Assembly: GCA_964016885.1 (NCBI GenBank) | Contig: OZ024744.1 | Coordinates: 71,548,001 to 71,612,000, forward strand | Direction of reading: 5' to 3' | Length of the DNA stretch: 64,000 nt | Origin: Eledone cirrhosa | Lineage: Eukaryota | Shown: piece after piece, positions 27,139-43,047 of the stretch | Position numbering within the stretch: position 1 is the stretch's first letter | Layout: each line of letters opens with the position of its first letter | Made by a program: the position numbers and the translations under genes | The notes under the pieces: model-generated | What the model was told of the DNA's origin: nothing | The model's database searches: none | Seen by the model: the letters and a program-made list of their open reading frames with translations, nothing else

Positions 27139-30100
27139 GGTCGTTGAAGCGAATGGACGTACTATCGTGAGCTCGTAAGTTTGTTTTGTTCAACGGTTTG
27201 AAATACGTTTGTCATTAATATTTTTCTTTCAAACGGGAAATAAGACTTTAGTCTTTGCCCCCAAGAATGGACTCCCATAATATTTAGGATTTTTGGCCCA
27301 AATATTTAAACTTTGTTTGTGTGAAAGAACATTTTTATCGAAAAAAAAAAAAATGGCGGTGGCACGCCCCCAAACTTTGACTTAGCTGTCTTGCGACAGC
27401 GAGTCAAGCTTTGAGATTTAATAACGCTGCCCCTCCCGCAACAATTCTAAAATGTAACAACACATCAGGCAATATCGCCAACACCAGCACCAACAACAGT
27501 GAGAACAAAAATGACAACAGCAGCAACAGCGACATTACCATAAACAGTAAAAAAGTCGTGAACAAGAGCAGCACCAGCAACAACGACAGCAGAACCAACA
27601 ACAACTCCAATAATGACAACAACACCAACAACAGAAAGAACGACAACAAAGACAACAGTGACAACCAGTACAACAGCAACAACAACAATAACAATAGCAT
27701 CAACAACAATATCAACAAAAAAAAGCAACGAAATTAACACCACTAACCAGAACATAAACAGCGACAGCACTAACAGCAACAATACCAACTGCACCGAGAA
27801 CAACAACGGCGGCACTAAAGACAACAATGATAACAGCAACAGTGGCAACAGCAAGAACACCAACAAGAACAACGACAACAACAACAACACCACCAACGAC
27901 AAGAAGAACACTTTTGTTGAGGCGCAGCCAAAAAGAGGCCATGCTTCAACATGGACCTCTCGAACAAAGATGAAAAGTTCACCCAGGCCTGGAAGCTCAT
28001 CAAGCAAGAGCAAACCTGGGCCAACTTAACTGTCTCGGTAGAAGCTGTTGAAGCAGAGGAGCGCAGAACGGTGTATTAAAGATGTATCTAGGCAGAAACC
28101 AAGAGGGCAGCTTTAATTCCACAAACAGATGTCGAAGTCGCGCTGAGGTGCATCAAGGATAACACCGAATACATAGCGAGGGGCAGACAATACGGCACCA
28201 TTTCGGTGCTGTTTAATTCAGAAGCCCTCGCTATGAAACATGCTATGACACCTTGAAAAACCAGCAAGGTCATAATCTACCCCTTCCACCAGGACTTGAC
28301 ATATGGTGGCTTCTGAGATGTGTGATTGTGGAGGGGACGGATACCGTCCCGATAGAAGTAACAAGAACTGCCAGAGAGGACTGGTCCGGGGTTGACCTGG
28401 AGATACTTCTCCAGATCAGGCCGGAAAATGTCAAAACAATCCCGGACCACATCCGTCTTCAGAATGGGACGGTCATTCCCATTATAACCGAGGGCAATGG
28501 CCGCATTGTTTCGTTTGTGGGAAAAAAAACCCATTTGCCCTCAACTGCTGAAAGATGCAAGGGGTCGAAGGATTCCACTGGTGCCGACGCCGGGGCGAGG
28601 ACCACAACCAACACCAGCACCAGCACCGGCAAAACCACCAGCAACAACACCAATAGAAAGGCCACCACCAACATTGACCACCAGGGGGGAAACGAGGAAA
28701 GTTGTCAAATTACCCCTCCCCCCAAAAATACACACATCAATAAAAACATAAACACACACACAGACACACTTACAGACACAGACCCCTCATCTACCACAAA
28801 AATACAAAAAAAGGAAACACAAAAAGGAAAAAAAGTCAACAAAGCACAAAAACACCCACAATAAAGAATGCAGACACCACCCACGCAAACATCTCCCTAA
28901 CAACACCAACATCAACACCACCATCACCAGAATCCCCCAAACGCAAACAACCTAAACAGACGCAAGAAAAAATACACACGCATCTGAAACCACAGACACC
29001 GCACTCACAACAAACTCAGTCACAACCGAAACAACACCATCAAAACCACGCCAGGCAAACAAATAAAATCACACCAACAAAACATACAAAACTTCGTGCT
29101 CATCAGGATGGCCAACAAGGAACTGATGGCCCTTGTAGCACGAAGTGAAGAAATACAAAAAGGGGGGAAATGTTTAAATCGAGCACATTTCGCGTGCCGG
29201 AAGATTTGTTTCTGGTGCGAATGTCGCTCCATTTATACAAAGAGATACGAGACAGCTTTCCTTGGGACGTGGGAACCCCGAACGTAAAACCCCCTTCAAG
29301 ACTTTTAAAGAGGTTCCCAAAAGAAAGCCCACCAACTATGGAGGTCGAACCACCCGACCTTCACAAGAGCCCGGAAGATAAGTAAACCTTTCCTCTCTCT
29401 TTTAGCCTGCCAACATGGCCGTATTAAGAGTAGGAAGTTTAAATGTTCGAGGCCTGGGATCGTCTTGGAAGAAGGGTCACCTGCTCAACGACCTCAGGTT
29501 TCTACAAATGGATGTAATTGCCGCCAGCGAGGCCAGGATTTCCGTCACGCGCTCACTAGCCCCCATTTTCGACGACTATCAGATCTTCGCATCTGTTAGT
29601 CGGCCGGGAATGGGAGGTAGGGTGGCAGTGCTGTTTAGGAAAGGCCTGGATCTCGAGGTAAGGTCGATCTTCCGGGACCCGGACGGTAAGTTGGTGGTCC
29701 TGGACGTGAATAATAGCGAAGGTGGTGCCTTTAGACTGGTGGCCGTCTACGCCCCTATCGGGGCAGGACGTTCGGACCTCTTTAGATGCCTGGAGGCCCT
29801 TCTGGGTACGGCTCGCCCTTTACTGTTAGCGGGGGACTGGAACGGCATCTTAGACGCTCACTGGGACTGTGTGGAAATATCCGATAGGAGTGGGGGTGTG
29901 TGTGCAAAAGCCTCAAGTACCTGATCAGCCAGTTCCAACTGTCTGACAGGTACCGACTAGATTTCCCTAATGTGCCAGTGTGGACCTGGACCAACCGCAT
30001 AAGGTCATCAAGATCGTATATAGACAGGATATCCATTAGGAAAATAGACAGAAATAGTGTAAGCTGTCCACGTTTTAAAACGGTCGCCTATTCAGATCAC

Positions 30101-31977
30101 AAGTTTGTGATCTACATGGTCGACCTAGATAAGACGCGTAGGTTAGGACCTGGCTACTGGAAGCTGAACATGTCATTTCCGACACGTAAGGCTTACAGGG
30201 ACCAGGTCAACAATTTAGTTAAGAAAAAGTTGACAGGGGAGTCGTCAACAATAGATGGTGGGGGGCTCTCAAAAGAGAGATTAGAGTAATGTCGAGAGAG
30301 TTTAGCAAAGAAGTAGCGTTTGAGATAAATAGAAAGGAGGGGGATTTGCTAAATAAGTTAGACGAGGCTATTTGTAGTGGCATTGCAACTGACGTAGTAG
30401 CGGCGAGAATGGCATTAGACCATTTCTTCAATGCGAAACACGAATGTTGCATTGTCAGAGATAAATCGTGTGCTCTGAGAAACGAGGGAACCAAAGCTGT
30501 TCGATGGGCCCGCGTGGTGGAGGCGCAGCGTGGTAATAAAACCACAATTCGGTCTTTGGTGGACAGAGACTGGTACGAGGTAAGCGATTCCAAGCGGATG
30601 TGTGAGGCGTTTCGCCAACGATTTGCGCGGTTGTTCGGAGGAAGTGGCGGATCAGAGACAGTGGCGGACTTCAGTCCCTACCTCGATGCCTTGTCGCAAC
30701 TCTCGATAACCGACGCTGAGCACTGCGAAAAGCCGATTACTTCAGCCGAGATTCAAGATGCCGTTGTCGGCTGCGTGAGGCGCAAGTCACCCGGTTTGGA
30801 TGGTCTGCCCTACGAGCTTTACGTAAATATGCCAGACTTGTTCTCCGATCTCCTCGAAGCGCTTTATTGCAACTGGCAGCAGAACGGGAGTATTCCCAGT
30901 TCTGTGAGCCGGGCGTACTGACGCTGATGAGAAAAGACGCGAACAAAAGGGACACAGACAATTTCAGGCCAATAACAACACAGATTTTAAGATTTTGGCC
31001 AAGGTGTTAGCGAATGGGTTGGCACTTGTCGTCGAGGATTTGGTTGGGGAAGCGCCAACTTGCACAATCCCAACCAGGGCCATACACGACAACCTCCACC
31101 TGATACGATACATAATAGAGAGGCTAGGGTGTAAACCTGGCATCGGTGGGCTTTGATCAATTTAAATCAATCGAAAGCATTCGATAGGGTCGACCGTCGG
31201 TACCTGGAGGCTGTCCTCAAGGCAGCTGGCTTGGGCCCCGTCTTCAGAAGCTGGATCGCTGTAATGCACAGTGGCATCTGCTCAGTGGTGAAAGTTAATG
31301 GTCACCTCTCGGAACCGTTTCAGATCTCCCGATCGGTCCGCAACTTATTGGAGGAATATGAAAGGTGGACTGGAGCAAAACTTAACTCGGAAAAGTCGGT
31401 CGGCTTGCAACTCGGCATCTGGAGAGGTATGTCCATGCAATCAAACAGCGTCGTTGGGCGTTGGACGGACGGACTGGTAAAGTTGCTCGGGATTTGGTTC
31501 AGGCCAGACCTCCAGGTGGATAAGAATTGGGACGAGGTGTCGAGCAGGGTAGCCATTCTCACCCAGAAACGGGCTGCGAGGAAGGTATCACTGAAAGGTC
31601 GGGTGGAAATGACGAACGCGTACATCGCGTCCATCGTCCCTTGTCCCCGTCCGCGCCTCACCAAGTTGGAACGGCTCTTCTTCAAATTCTTGTGGAGGGG
31701 ACAGGTTCCGTTGGTGAGGCGGTTCATCTGCTGCCAGCACCCTCTACGCGGAGGGCTGAGCATGCCGTGGCTAATGATGCATGCCGTGGATACGCTGAGG
31801 CTGCGGCATCTCCAGATATTCGGCCTAAACGGTGAACAGGTGTGGTCGCCGTTTGTTCGAGACTGGGTGACTGGCATCTGGAATGTTGCCAGGAACTTAC
31901 TGCCCTCTACCAGGCGGGCAATGTGAACAGTGGAACTTCCACTCTCGAGTTCTATAGATTGGTGGGGTACCTGAGTG
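27139..31977 (+). mobile_element. Degenerate Tx1 family B, copy B1 (distinct ORF1; RT core and 3' part deleted)
   Basis: Starts GG after (ATT)n. ORF1 ATG at 27353. ORF2 from 29415 (GSLNVRGL, GDWN, YWKLN). Deletion at ~31340 removes the YADD region. Confidence 0.85.
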
Positions 31978-31989
31978 AACCCCAGGTGG

Positions 31990-32345
31990 TCATCCTCGCT
32001 TTTTACATTCATCTGCTAATATCTTCGACGTATTTTATTCATCATGGTTCCAAACTGGCGAGCCGCTGTTCTGGGGTGCAACCTGCAGTGTTGCTGTCTT
32101 CAACAAACCTGGAGAATTCAGCGACCCAGACTCTGTAGTATGTTGCCAAAGTACTGGCTGGTCTTCGATAAGTTCATCGTCAAACGCACAGCGTTGGAAA
32201 CATCTGATGTCCTGGGTTTTCGAATTAACTTTTTACTTAAAGGGATCAAGACGAAGATCGCTATTCGCAAGAACATATCCGTTGAGTTGAACCCTTTCTT
32301 TCAGCGCATCTCTCTCACAATCCCCAGGGGTAATGCATTCACAAA
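31990..32345 (+). mobile_element. CRE-clade-like non-LTR remnant (C-terminal REL region)
   Basis: Translates in two frames to EPLFWGATC and ALETSDVLG..FFQRISLTIPRGNA, resembling the CRE motifs WDxTC and QRxSxAIQRGNA. Confidence 0.6.
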
Positions 32346-32718
32346 ACCCTCCGCTGGAACGACGGATCATTATCAATCAAATGTTTTCCAATAGAATAAA
32401 ATAGTGTTACAACCTCCTGATTGTTTCTATTAATATGAGAAAAGAAAATTTGACGAAATTAATTATTTTTACACGTCACATAAGAACAATTAAACTATTG
32501 AAATTAGATTTTTGTAATACATATGAAATATTGCTTTTATTACCTTAAGTTTAACATCTAACACCACAATAAATGAGGGTAGAGCTACTTCATGACAAGA
32601 AAGCAATCGCAATGTACCAGCCATAATAACAATGGAAAAGATGATAATTGTAAATTCTTTAGTTGACTGAGAACTGGATTTGGCAAAGCCAAAGTGATAT
32701 TGAGCAAATGGAGTATAC

Positions 32719-32914
32719 CAGGCATGTCAAAGTGAGGGTACCCCTAGAGCCAGATGGGTCACATACGACAACTAATTGCGCACATTACAACTAATATTTT
32801 TTATTTTATATTACAAAGATAAAACATGTTCACGCTGTAAAAACCTTTGTGCGGGCCGCAGGTATGCTTGTAAAGGGCCCCATGTGGCTCGCGGGCCGCA
32901 TTTTGACATGCCTG
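32719..32914. mobile_element. hAT-type MITE (196 bp)
   Basis: 13-bp TIRs CAGGCATGTCAAA / TTTGACATGCCTG; 8-bp flanks GAGTATAC / GTGTATAC (7 of 8 match) as TSD. Confidence 0.85.
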
Positions 32915-32974
32915 GTGTATACAGCTCCATGAGGTAAACCTCATTTGTTAGCTGTCAGTGTAGATATTATTCAG

Positions 32975-33320
32975 TTGATAATATACCCCGTCGTTGTGGA
33001 GCTGTTGTTTGATAAGGTCGGTCTGCATTCGCTATCATGCCGTCATAGCGCGAGCCGGTTATTTCGACACGCAGCTCTGAACGACATCATCAGAAGGAAC
33101 CTCGATGCAGCCGACTTCCGGTCACAACTCTAGTTAGCTGGACTCCACCGTATTGATGGCAAGCGCCCCAACGGAATAACCCTCTTCCTATTCAAGGGAG
33201 GGAAATCCCTAATCTGACATTCGGCGTATTGCAACTCGTTCTTCACCCTCAGCTATATCGCTTCGGCCGCACACCCAGGCACCACTACCAGCAAAGCAGA
33301 GGAGAGGAAGATAAACCTTT
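32975..33320 (+). mobile_element. Second CRE-clade-like remnant (zinc motif and REL)
   Basis: GLHSLSC..RHAALNDIIRR..RIDGKRPNGITL..GKSLI*..KAEERK, with in-frame stops. Confidence 0.7.
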
Positions 33321-33764
33321 GGGTTTTACCGACCCCTTCCTTTTCGCAAATGGGGTATACAGCTCCCCCAATGACATCATGTAACTAAATGCTGCACTGA
33401 CTAAAAATGTACGGAGAAACTGATGAGATCCACTCTAATCCAAATAGAATTACAGTCTACTAATCATGAAACGTACTGCTTGATAGCTATGTGTGGAACA
33501 TCTTTGATCATAAATTAAGGTGGTGGAGTAGCAGTTTGGGTAGAATTTTAATTACTAAAGGTACGCGTTATACGTGAAATACAATATAACATTTTTTATT
33601 GATCTTGGAGGGATCGATGGGAAAATCAACAACGGTGAAAATTGTATTCGAATTTTAAAAGTACATAACTAAATACTAAAAATGCCGTATTGACATACGG
33701 CCTTTCTTGGGAATTTTAAACCTCTCCAGGCCCGAGTACAGCAGATTTATTTCAGAGAAAGGAA

Positions 33765-33892
33765 GAATCGACCTCAAAATGATGAAAGATAAAGTTGACC
33801 CCGGCGGGATTTGAACTCCGAGAGCAGAGTGCCGGAACGAATACCAAAAGCATTCTATTCGACGTTCTAACAACTCTGCCAATTCGCTGCCT
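33765..33892 (-). mobile_element. Related tRNA-derived SINE, degenerate
   Basis: Reverse complement contains TGGCAGAGTTG and GAGTTCAAATCCCGCCGGGGTCAACTTT. Confidence 0.7.
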
Positions 33893-34078
33893 ATCCTTGC
33901 CACTTACAACACTTTAAAGATTAAAACAATAAGGAAAATATAAAGCTCAGAACAATATCGAAATCGGAACTAAGGCTCTTCCACGGGTCTCTCACCATCC
34001 TCCGGGGAAACGCCTTCTCTTTTTAGTCCGCCGAGGCTGCGGGGCGGCCAGCGCATGGACCCCCCCCCCCATTTGCTC

Positions 34079-34272
34079 ATAACAATCATTTATACTTTTG
34101 GCACAAGGCCAGCAATTATCCAACTACATTACTGGTACTTTATTTTATGGACCCCGTAGGGATGAAAGGCAAAAATTAACCTCCACAGGATTTGAACTCA
34201 GACCGTAAAGGGACGTAACTATATTCTGGAAAGCATGGCGTCCGACCCTCTAACGATACAGCTAATCCACCG
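34079..34272 (-). mobile_element. tRNA-derived SINE, near full length
   Basis: Reverse complement matches the SINE at 26881-27070. Confidence 0.8.
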
Positions 34273-34499
34273 ATAATGAGATATGGGAAGGGCGGGAGAG
34301 ACGGAGGTAGTGACTGTGGGAGTTTGGTTCTGTTGTGTTTGATCCTGGTGTATATGAATGTTTCACGGACACCCACTAACGCACCTAGCTTATACCTATA
34401 CTGTTAAATGTAAAGTTAATTAGCCAATCAGCCAGTCAATCATCAGGATTTCTTGGAGGACGGATATTACACATTTTTAATATCTTATATAAATGCATA

Positions 34500-36227
<1,728 letters not shown>

Positions 36228-37510
36228 CCAATAAAAAATATGAAGCAGGGTGAGAAAAAAAGAAAGAGAATAGAAAGAAATCAAAAGAAGGAAAAGTAAA
36301 AAGGAAAACTAAAAAAAACAACAACAATATCGAAAAAACAGACGAAATCATTAAGAAAAAAAATCAGGAAAAAAAATATATGAAAAAAAGAGAGATCGTA
36401 CTGGCATACTCTAAGAATATATTGTAAACATTTCGAAATTCTTTTTTATTCTTTTTCATTTGAAATGAAGCTAAATGCCATAATCATAGGCCACCGTCGG
36501 TTGGATGGCATTTGCTTGGCAGTATGCCACCGGTTGTTTAAGCTCTCAGTCGCAATTGTTTATTTTAACGCCGTGCACAAGACTTAATATAGGAAATTGC
36601 TGGGTTGTGTAGGTGTGGTGGACAGAACAACGCATTTCTTTGCACTGAATTTTCATACATCTATCATAAGCACATACATACATAAATATAATAAACACAT
36701 AATAAAGCCCCCCCCCCAAAAAAAAAAAAACAAAACAAAAAAACAAAAACAAAAAAAAACAACAACAACAACAACAAATAAACAACGAAAAAACAAATCG
36801 AAACAATGGTTTAAAATAAAATAAAATAAAAGGGATAAGTATATATTTGAAAACTACACAATTCAAAAAGGTGAAATGGTACATCTTGTTCGGAACATGT
36901 ATATGACTGTTCGAATATAATCAGGATCTATTTCATCTGAAGGTAATTGAAAGCAACTTTATACTATTTCCAATGGAAATATACTAATAACTCTTTTAGT
37001 GGACTTTCGATTCAGAAATTATGGATTACTTCCAAAGGCTTTTGATACACTCCCGTGTAATATCTCTATATTGATGACTTGCGGTGAGATATCAAATATG
37101 TGTTGTGAGTAGCGCAGATCCGCTGATTCCTAATCTGACCGACCAGAAAACTTTCTCAAGTGTTTTATGGTAACTGATAAAGTCTGATGGACAAGATTGA
37201 AAAGACTAAACTAAGGAGGACAGAGTTTTTCTCTCCACCATGTCACCAACAACCTTATCTTGTACTGATGGAAACTGGGGATAGAAAAGCCCCTGCTACT
37301 CTTCATTAGATTAGCTGCAAACATGTGAGAGTAGTGGGCAGTATCAGGTTCAATAGACCTACTCTGAACTTGAAACTGTAGGCTTTATACAGCAAACGGA
37401 AAAAATACGTTCCTTTGGTAATCCAATTCATCTGAGTTTGTGTGGAACTCTGTGTGATTGTTCTCAATATTTGGAACATTTGATCATAAATATTGCATTT
37501 CTGTGTGTAT

Positions 37511-37573
<63 letters not shown>

Positions 37574-38619
37574 TTATTTATATATATATGTATATATATA
37601 TGCTCGTTTTCGATCGTTACGACATGTTTCACACATGCCGTAAAACTCTTCAGGTTTCGATCGTTTACGACACGTTTTACAACTGGATTATCTCCCTTTT
37701 GGATTATCTCCCTTTCCTTTCTCCCTCTCATTTCCGGTTGCTCCGTCTCTCTCACTCTCTCTCTTTCTACACTCACTTTGATTGAGATGGCACGGAGCTA
37801 CCGCGATCCCAGTTAGTGCACCACCAGGCTTAAGTCTAATCGGTTCGTTGTAACTTATTCTATTCTATTTTTTCCCTGGTTACTCACTTGCATGTTCCAT
37901 TGTCCTACATATCCCTTCCTTCGATCTGTTTGCCTCGTTTTTTGTCTTTGTTCCTCTCTCCTCACTACTTCTCCCTTTTTTCTTTTTTCTTTTCTTTCCT
38001 TCCTGGCCTTTTGATCGATAAAAGGTCTTGTGCGCGCCGCTGATCGCCTAGCATTCATTACCAGATCAACCCTCTTAACACACTTGATTACCTGCTTAAG
38101 TGCTTCTATTACACGTAACTCTCTGCCACACTATATAAACAAGACGCACGTGCTTGCCACACGTATAACTATTGCACTCTATAACCGCTTAATTTCATGT
38201 TGTATTTTAACCGGTATTTTCGATTGTATCTTTTAATATGAATGTAATCTCTAAATGTGTACTGCCACACTAAATGCTGTAATGAATGTTGACCCACAAT
38301 ATTTGCATATGTATCCGTATGTCTCTCGGTGAAAAGGAGGTCATATAAGTGTTCATTCAATAATAAATTGCTCCGAAGAATCCAAACCTCGGTTTGGAGG
38401 AAACAGTTGTAAGCATAAAAATGTTTTGAACAGTTCTTTGATTCTTATAATTCATATAACTGCTCTGTAAATCATCTGATGTTATTGCATTTAGCTATTT
38501 AACTTACTGGTAATAAGGTAGTAATACATTACTGCCTACCACTATTTAGGGTTTATAAAATATATATAACTACAAAGGTTTTTGTATTTGCATAACCATA
38601 AATAGTATACTTAATACTA

Positions 38620-38662
38620 TATATATCTATATACATATATATATATATATACATATATACAC

Positions 38663-38727
<65 letters not shown>

Positions 38728-38728
38728 C

Positions 38729-38779
<51 letters not shown>

Positions 38780-38780
38780 C

Positions 38781-38815
<35 letters not shown>

Positions 38816-39097
38816 CATACATATATATACATATATATATACATATATATATACATATATATATACATATATATACATATATATACATATATATACATAT
38901 ATATACATATATATATATACATATATATAATATACATATATATACACATATATATATATACATATATATATATACATATATATACACATATATATATATA
39001 CATATATATATACATATATATACATATATATATATATACATATATATACATATATATACATATATATATATACCTATATATACATATATATATATAC

Positions 39098-39142
<45 letters not shown>

Positions 39143-39349
39143 TATATACATATATATACATATATATACATACATATATATATATACATATATATACATA
39201 TATATATATATACATATATACATATACATATATATACATATATATATACATATATACATATATATATATAGATATATATACATATATATATACATATATA
39301 TATATACATATATATATATATACATATATATATACATATATATATATGC

Positions 39350-39382
<33 letters not shown>

Positions 39383-39395
39383 CATATATATAAAC

Positions 39396-39426
<31 letters not shown>

Positions 39427-39443
39427 CGTATATATAAATATAC

Positions 39444-39476
<33 letters not shown>

Positions 39477-39567
39477 CATATATATACATATATACATATA
39501 CATATATATACATATATATATACATATATACATATATATATATAGATATATATACATATATATATAC

Positions 39568-39598
<31 letters not shown>

Positions 39599-39655
39599 CA
39601 TATATATATACATATATATATATGCATATATATATATATATACATATATATAAAC

Positions 39656-39702
<47 letters not shown>

Positions 39703-39719
39703 CGTATATATAAATATAC

Positions 39720-39784
<65 letters not shown>

Positions 39785-39801
39785 CATATATATAAATATA
39801 C

Positions 39802-39836
<35 letters not shown>

Positions 39837-39855
39837 ACATATATATATATATATA
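38620..39855. repeat. ~1.2-kb imperfect (AT)n/(ACAT)n microsatellite
   Basis: Read directly from the sequence. Confidence 0.95.
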
Positions 39856-39901
39856 TGTATGTATACGTACATACATATATGTATACAGACGTACAGTAGC
39901 A

Positions 39902-39959
<58 letters not shown>

Positions 39960-40375
39960 TATACACATATGCATACAGGTACACATACATATATGCACGC
40001 ATCAGTTTAGCCGACGTTTATTATAACGCCTGCTTTGTTCGTTTGTTTGTCAACAATCGAACAGCCTGAATTTATGCCATACGGTGTTAAGGCAACCACG
40101 TCACCTTTTTGTTCAACACTGACACAGGAACGATGTACTAGTTTCAAGCTTGTTAGCTATCATCAGCACCGTTTACCCATCTGCCAGATAGTTCAACGTT
40201 CGAAAGTATATACTTTCCTTATGAAAATTAACGACTGAGCAGCCTAATTTGCATATTGAGTGAGTTAAATCGGTCAGGCATACCGAAAACGATAAGTTGA
40301 AAAAAATGAAAACGAAATTTCATTTCTCACTCTTAGTATGGCACTTACTTAAATGTAAGTATGTATGTATACGTA
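39855..40375 (-). repeat. Inverted copy of the ~550-bp hammerhead-containing unit
   Basis: Reverse complement of the unit repeated in 40576-42775. Confidence 0.92.
40119..40187 (-). ncRNA. Type I hammerhead ribozyme motif (predicted cut between 40136 and 40135)
   Basis: Reverse complement of 40683-40751. Confidence 0.8.
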
Positions 40376-40682
40376 TGTATATACATATATATATATATAC
40401 ATATATATATGCATATATATATATACATATACATATATATATATACATATACATATATATATATACATATATATATATACATATATATACATACATACAT
40501 ATATATACATATATATATATATATACATATATATATACATATATATATAAACATATATACATATATATATATATATATCGTTTTCGGTATGCTTGACCGA
40601 TTTAACTCACTCAATATGCAAATTAGGCTGCTCAGCCGTTAATCTTCATAAGGAAAGTATATACTTTCGAACGTTCAACTAT

Positions 40683-40751
40683 CTGGCAGATGGGTAAACG
40701 GTGCTGATGATAGCTAACAAGCTTGAAACTAGTACATCGTTCCTGTGTCAG
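40683..40751 (+). ncRNA. Type I hammerhead ribozyme motif (predicted GUA cut after 40734)
   Basis: Stem I AACGGUG/CAUCGUU, core CUGAUGA, stem II U-AGCU-aaca-AGCU-U, GAA, palindromic ACUAGU, H17=A; distal stem I CUGGCA/UGUCAG. Confidence 0.82.
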
Positions 40752-40900
40752 TGTTGAACAAAAAGGTGACGTGGTTGCCTTAACACCGTATGGCATAAAT
40801 TCAGGCTGTTCAGTTTGTTTACAAACGAACAAAGCGGCGTTATAATAAGCGTCCGCTAAACTGATGCGTGCATATATGTATGTGTACCTGTATGTATATA

Positions 40901-41006
<106 letters not shown>

Positions 41007-41234
41007 TGCATGCTACTGTACGTCTGTATACATATATGTATGTACGTATACATACATATTTACATTTAAGTAAGTGCCATACTAAGAGTGAGAAATGAAA
41101 TTTCGTTTTCATTTTTTTCGTTCAACTTATCGTTTTCGGTATGCCTGACCGATTTAACTCACTCAATATGCAAATTAGGCTGCTCAGCCGTTAATTTTCA
41201 TAAGGAAAGTATATACTTTCGAACGTTGAACTAT

Positions 41235-41303
41235 CTGGCAGATGGGTAAACGGTGCTGATGATAGCTAACAAGCTTGAAACTAGTACATCGTTCCTGTGT
41301 CAG
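41235..41303 (+). ncRNA. Type I hammerhead ribozyme motif (predicted cut after 41286)
   Basis: Identical to 40683-40751. Confidence 0.82.
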
Positions 41304-41452
41304 TGTTGAACAAAAAGGTGACGTGGTTGCCTTAACACCGTATGGCATAAATTCAGGCTGTTCAGTTTGTTTACAAACGAACAAAGCGGCGTTATAATAA
41401 GCGTCCGCTAAACTGATGCGTGCATATATGTATGTGTACCTGTATGTATATA

Positions 41453-41553
<101 letters not shown>

Positions 41554-41782
41554 TATGCATGCTACTGTACGTCTGTATACATATATGTATGTACGTATAC
41601 ATACATATTTACATTTAAGTAAGTGCCATACTAAGAGTGAGAAATGAAATTTCGTTTTCATTTTTTCGTTCAACTTATCGTTTTCGGTATGCCTGACCGA
41701 TTTAACTCACTCAATATGCAAATTAGGCTGCTCAGCCGTTAATTTTCATAAGGAAAGTATATACTTTCGAACGTTGAACTAT

Positions 41783-41851
41783 CTGGCAGATGGGTAAACG
41801 GTGCTGATGATAGCTAACAAGCTTGAAACTAGTACATCGTTCCTGTGTCAG
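41783..41851 (+). ncRNA. Type I hammerhead ribozyme motif (predicted cut after 41834)
   Basis: Identical to 40683-40751. Confidence 0.82.
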
Positions 41852-42000
41852 TGTTGAACAAAAAGGTGACGTGGTTGCCTTAACACCGTATGGCATAAAT
41901 TCAGGCTGTTCAGTTTGTTTACAAACGAACAAAGCGGCGTTATAATAAGCGTCCGCTAAACTGGTGCGTGCATATATGTATGTGTACCTGTATGTATATA

Positions 42001-42100
<100 letters not shown>

Positions 42101-42327
42101 GCATGCTACTGTACGTCTGTATACATATATGTATGTACGTATACATACATACTTACATTTAAGTAAGTGCCATACTAAGAGTGAGAAATGAAATTTCGTT
42201 TTCATTTTTTTCGTTCAACTTATCGTTTTCGGTATGCCTGACCGATTTAACTCACTCAATATGCAAATTAGGCTGCTCAGCCGTTAATCTTCATAAGGAA
42301 AGTATATACTTTCGAACGTTCAACTAT

Positions 42328-42395
42328 CTGGCAGATGGTAAACGGTGCTGATGATAGCTAACAAGCTTGAAACTAGTACATCGTTCCTGTGTCAG
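42328..42395 (+). ncRNA. Type I hammerhead ribozyme motif (predicted cut after 42378)
   Basis: Same motif with one G fewer in distal stem I. Confidence 0.8.
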
Positions 42396-42547
42396 TGTTG
42401 AACAAAAAGGTGACGTGGTTGCCTTAACACCGTATGGCATAAATTCAGGGCTGTTCAGTTTGTTTACAAACGAACAAGGCGGCGTTATAATAAGCGTCCT
42501 CTAAACTGATGCGTGCATATATGTATGTGTACCTGTATGTATATATG

Positions 42548-42628
<81 letters not shown>

Positions 42629-42781
42629 TGCTACTGTACGTCTGTATACACGTATACATACATACGTATGTGAGGTGGAGTTCTGCGACGTCGACACAGA
42701 CGAACTGGGCCTCCTACTTAGACTTACCTACGACACTGACTACCTATGTATGTACGTATACATACATACTTACATATATAT

Positions 42782-42812
<31 letters not shown>

Positions 42813-42893
42813 TACATATATACATATATATATATACATATATATATAAACATATATACATATATATATACATATATATATATACATATATAT

Positions 42894-42982
<89 letters not shown>

Positions 42983-42987
42983 AATAT

Positions 42988-43047
<60 letters not shown>

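Noticed and set aside
37020-37055. KAFDTL RT-like motif
   Set aside because: Possibly an old LINE relic, but too short and degraded to delimit or classify.
37848-38161. Possible solo LTR (TG...CA with TATAAA)
   Set aside because: No TSD, second copy or primer-binding site.
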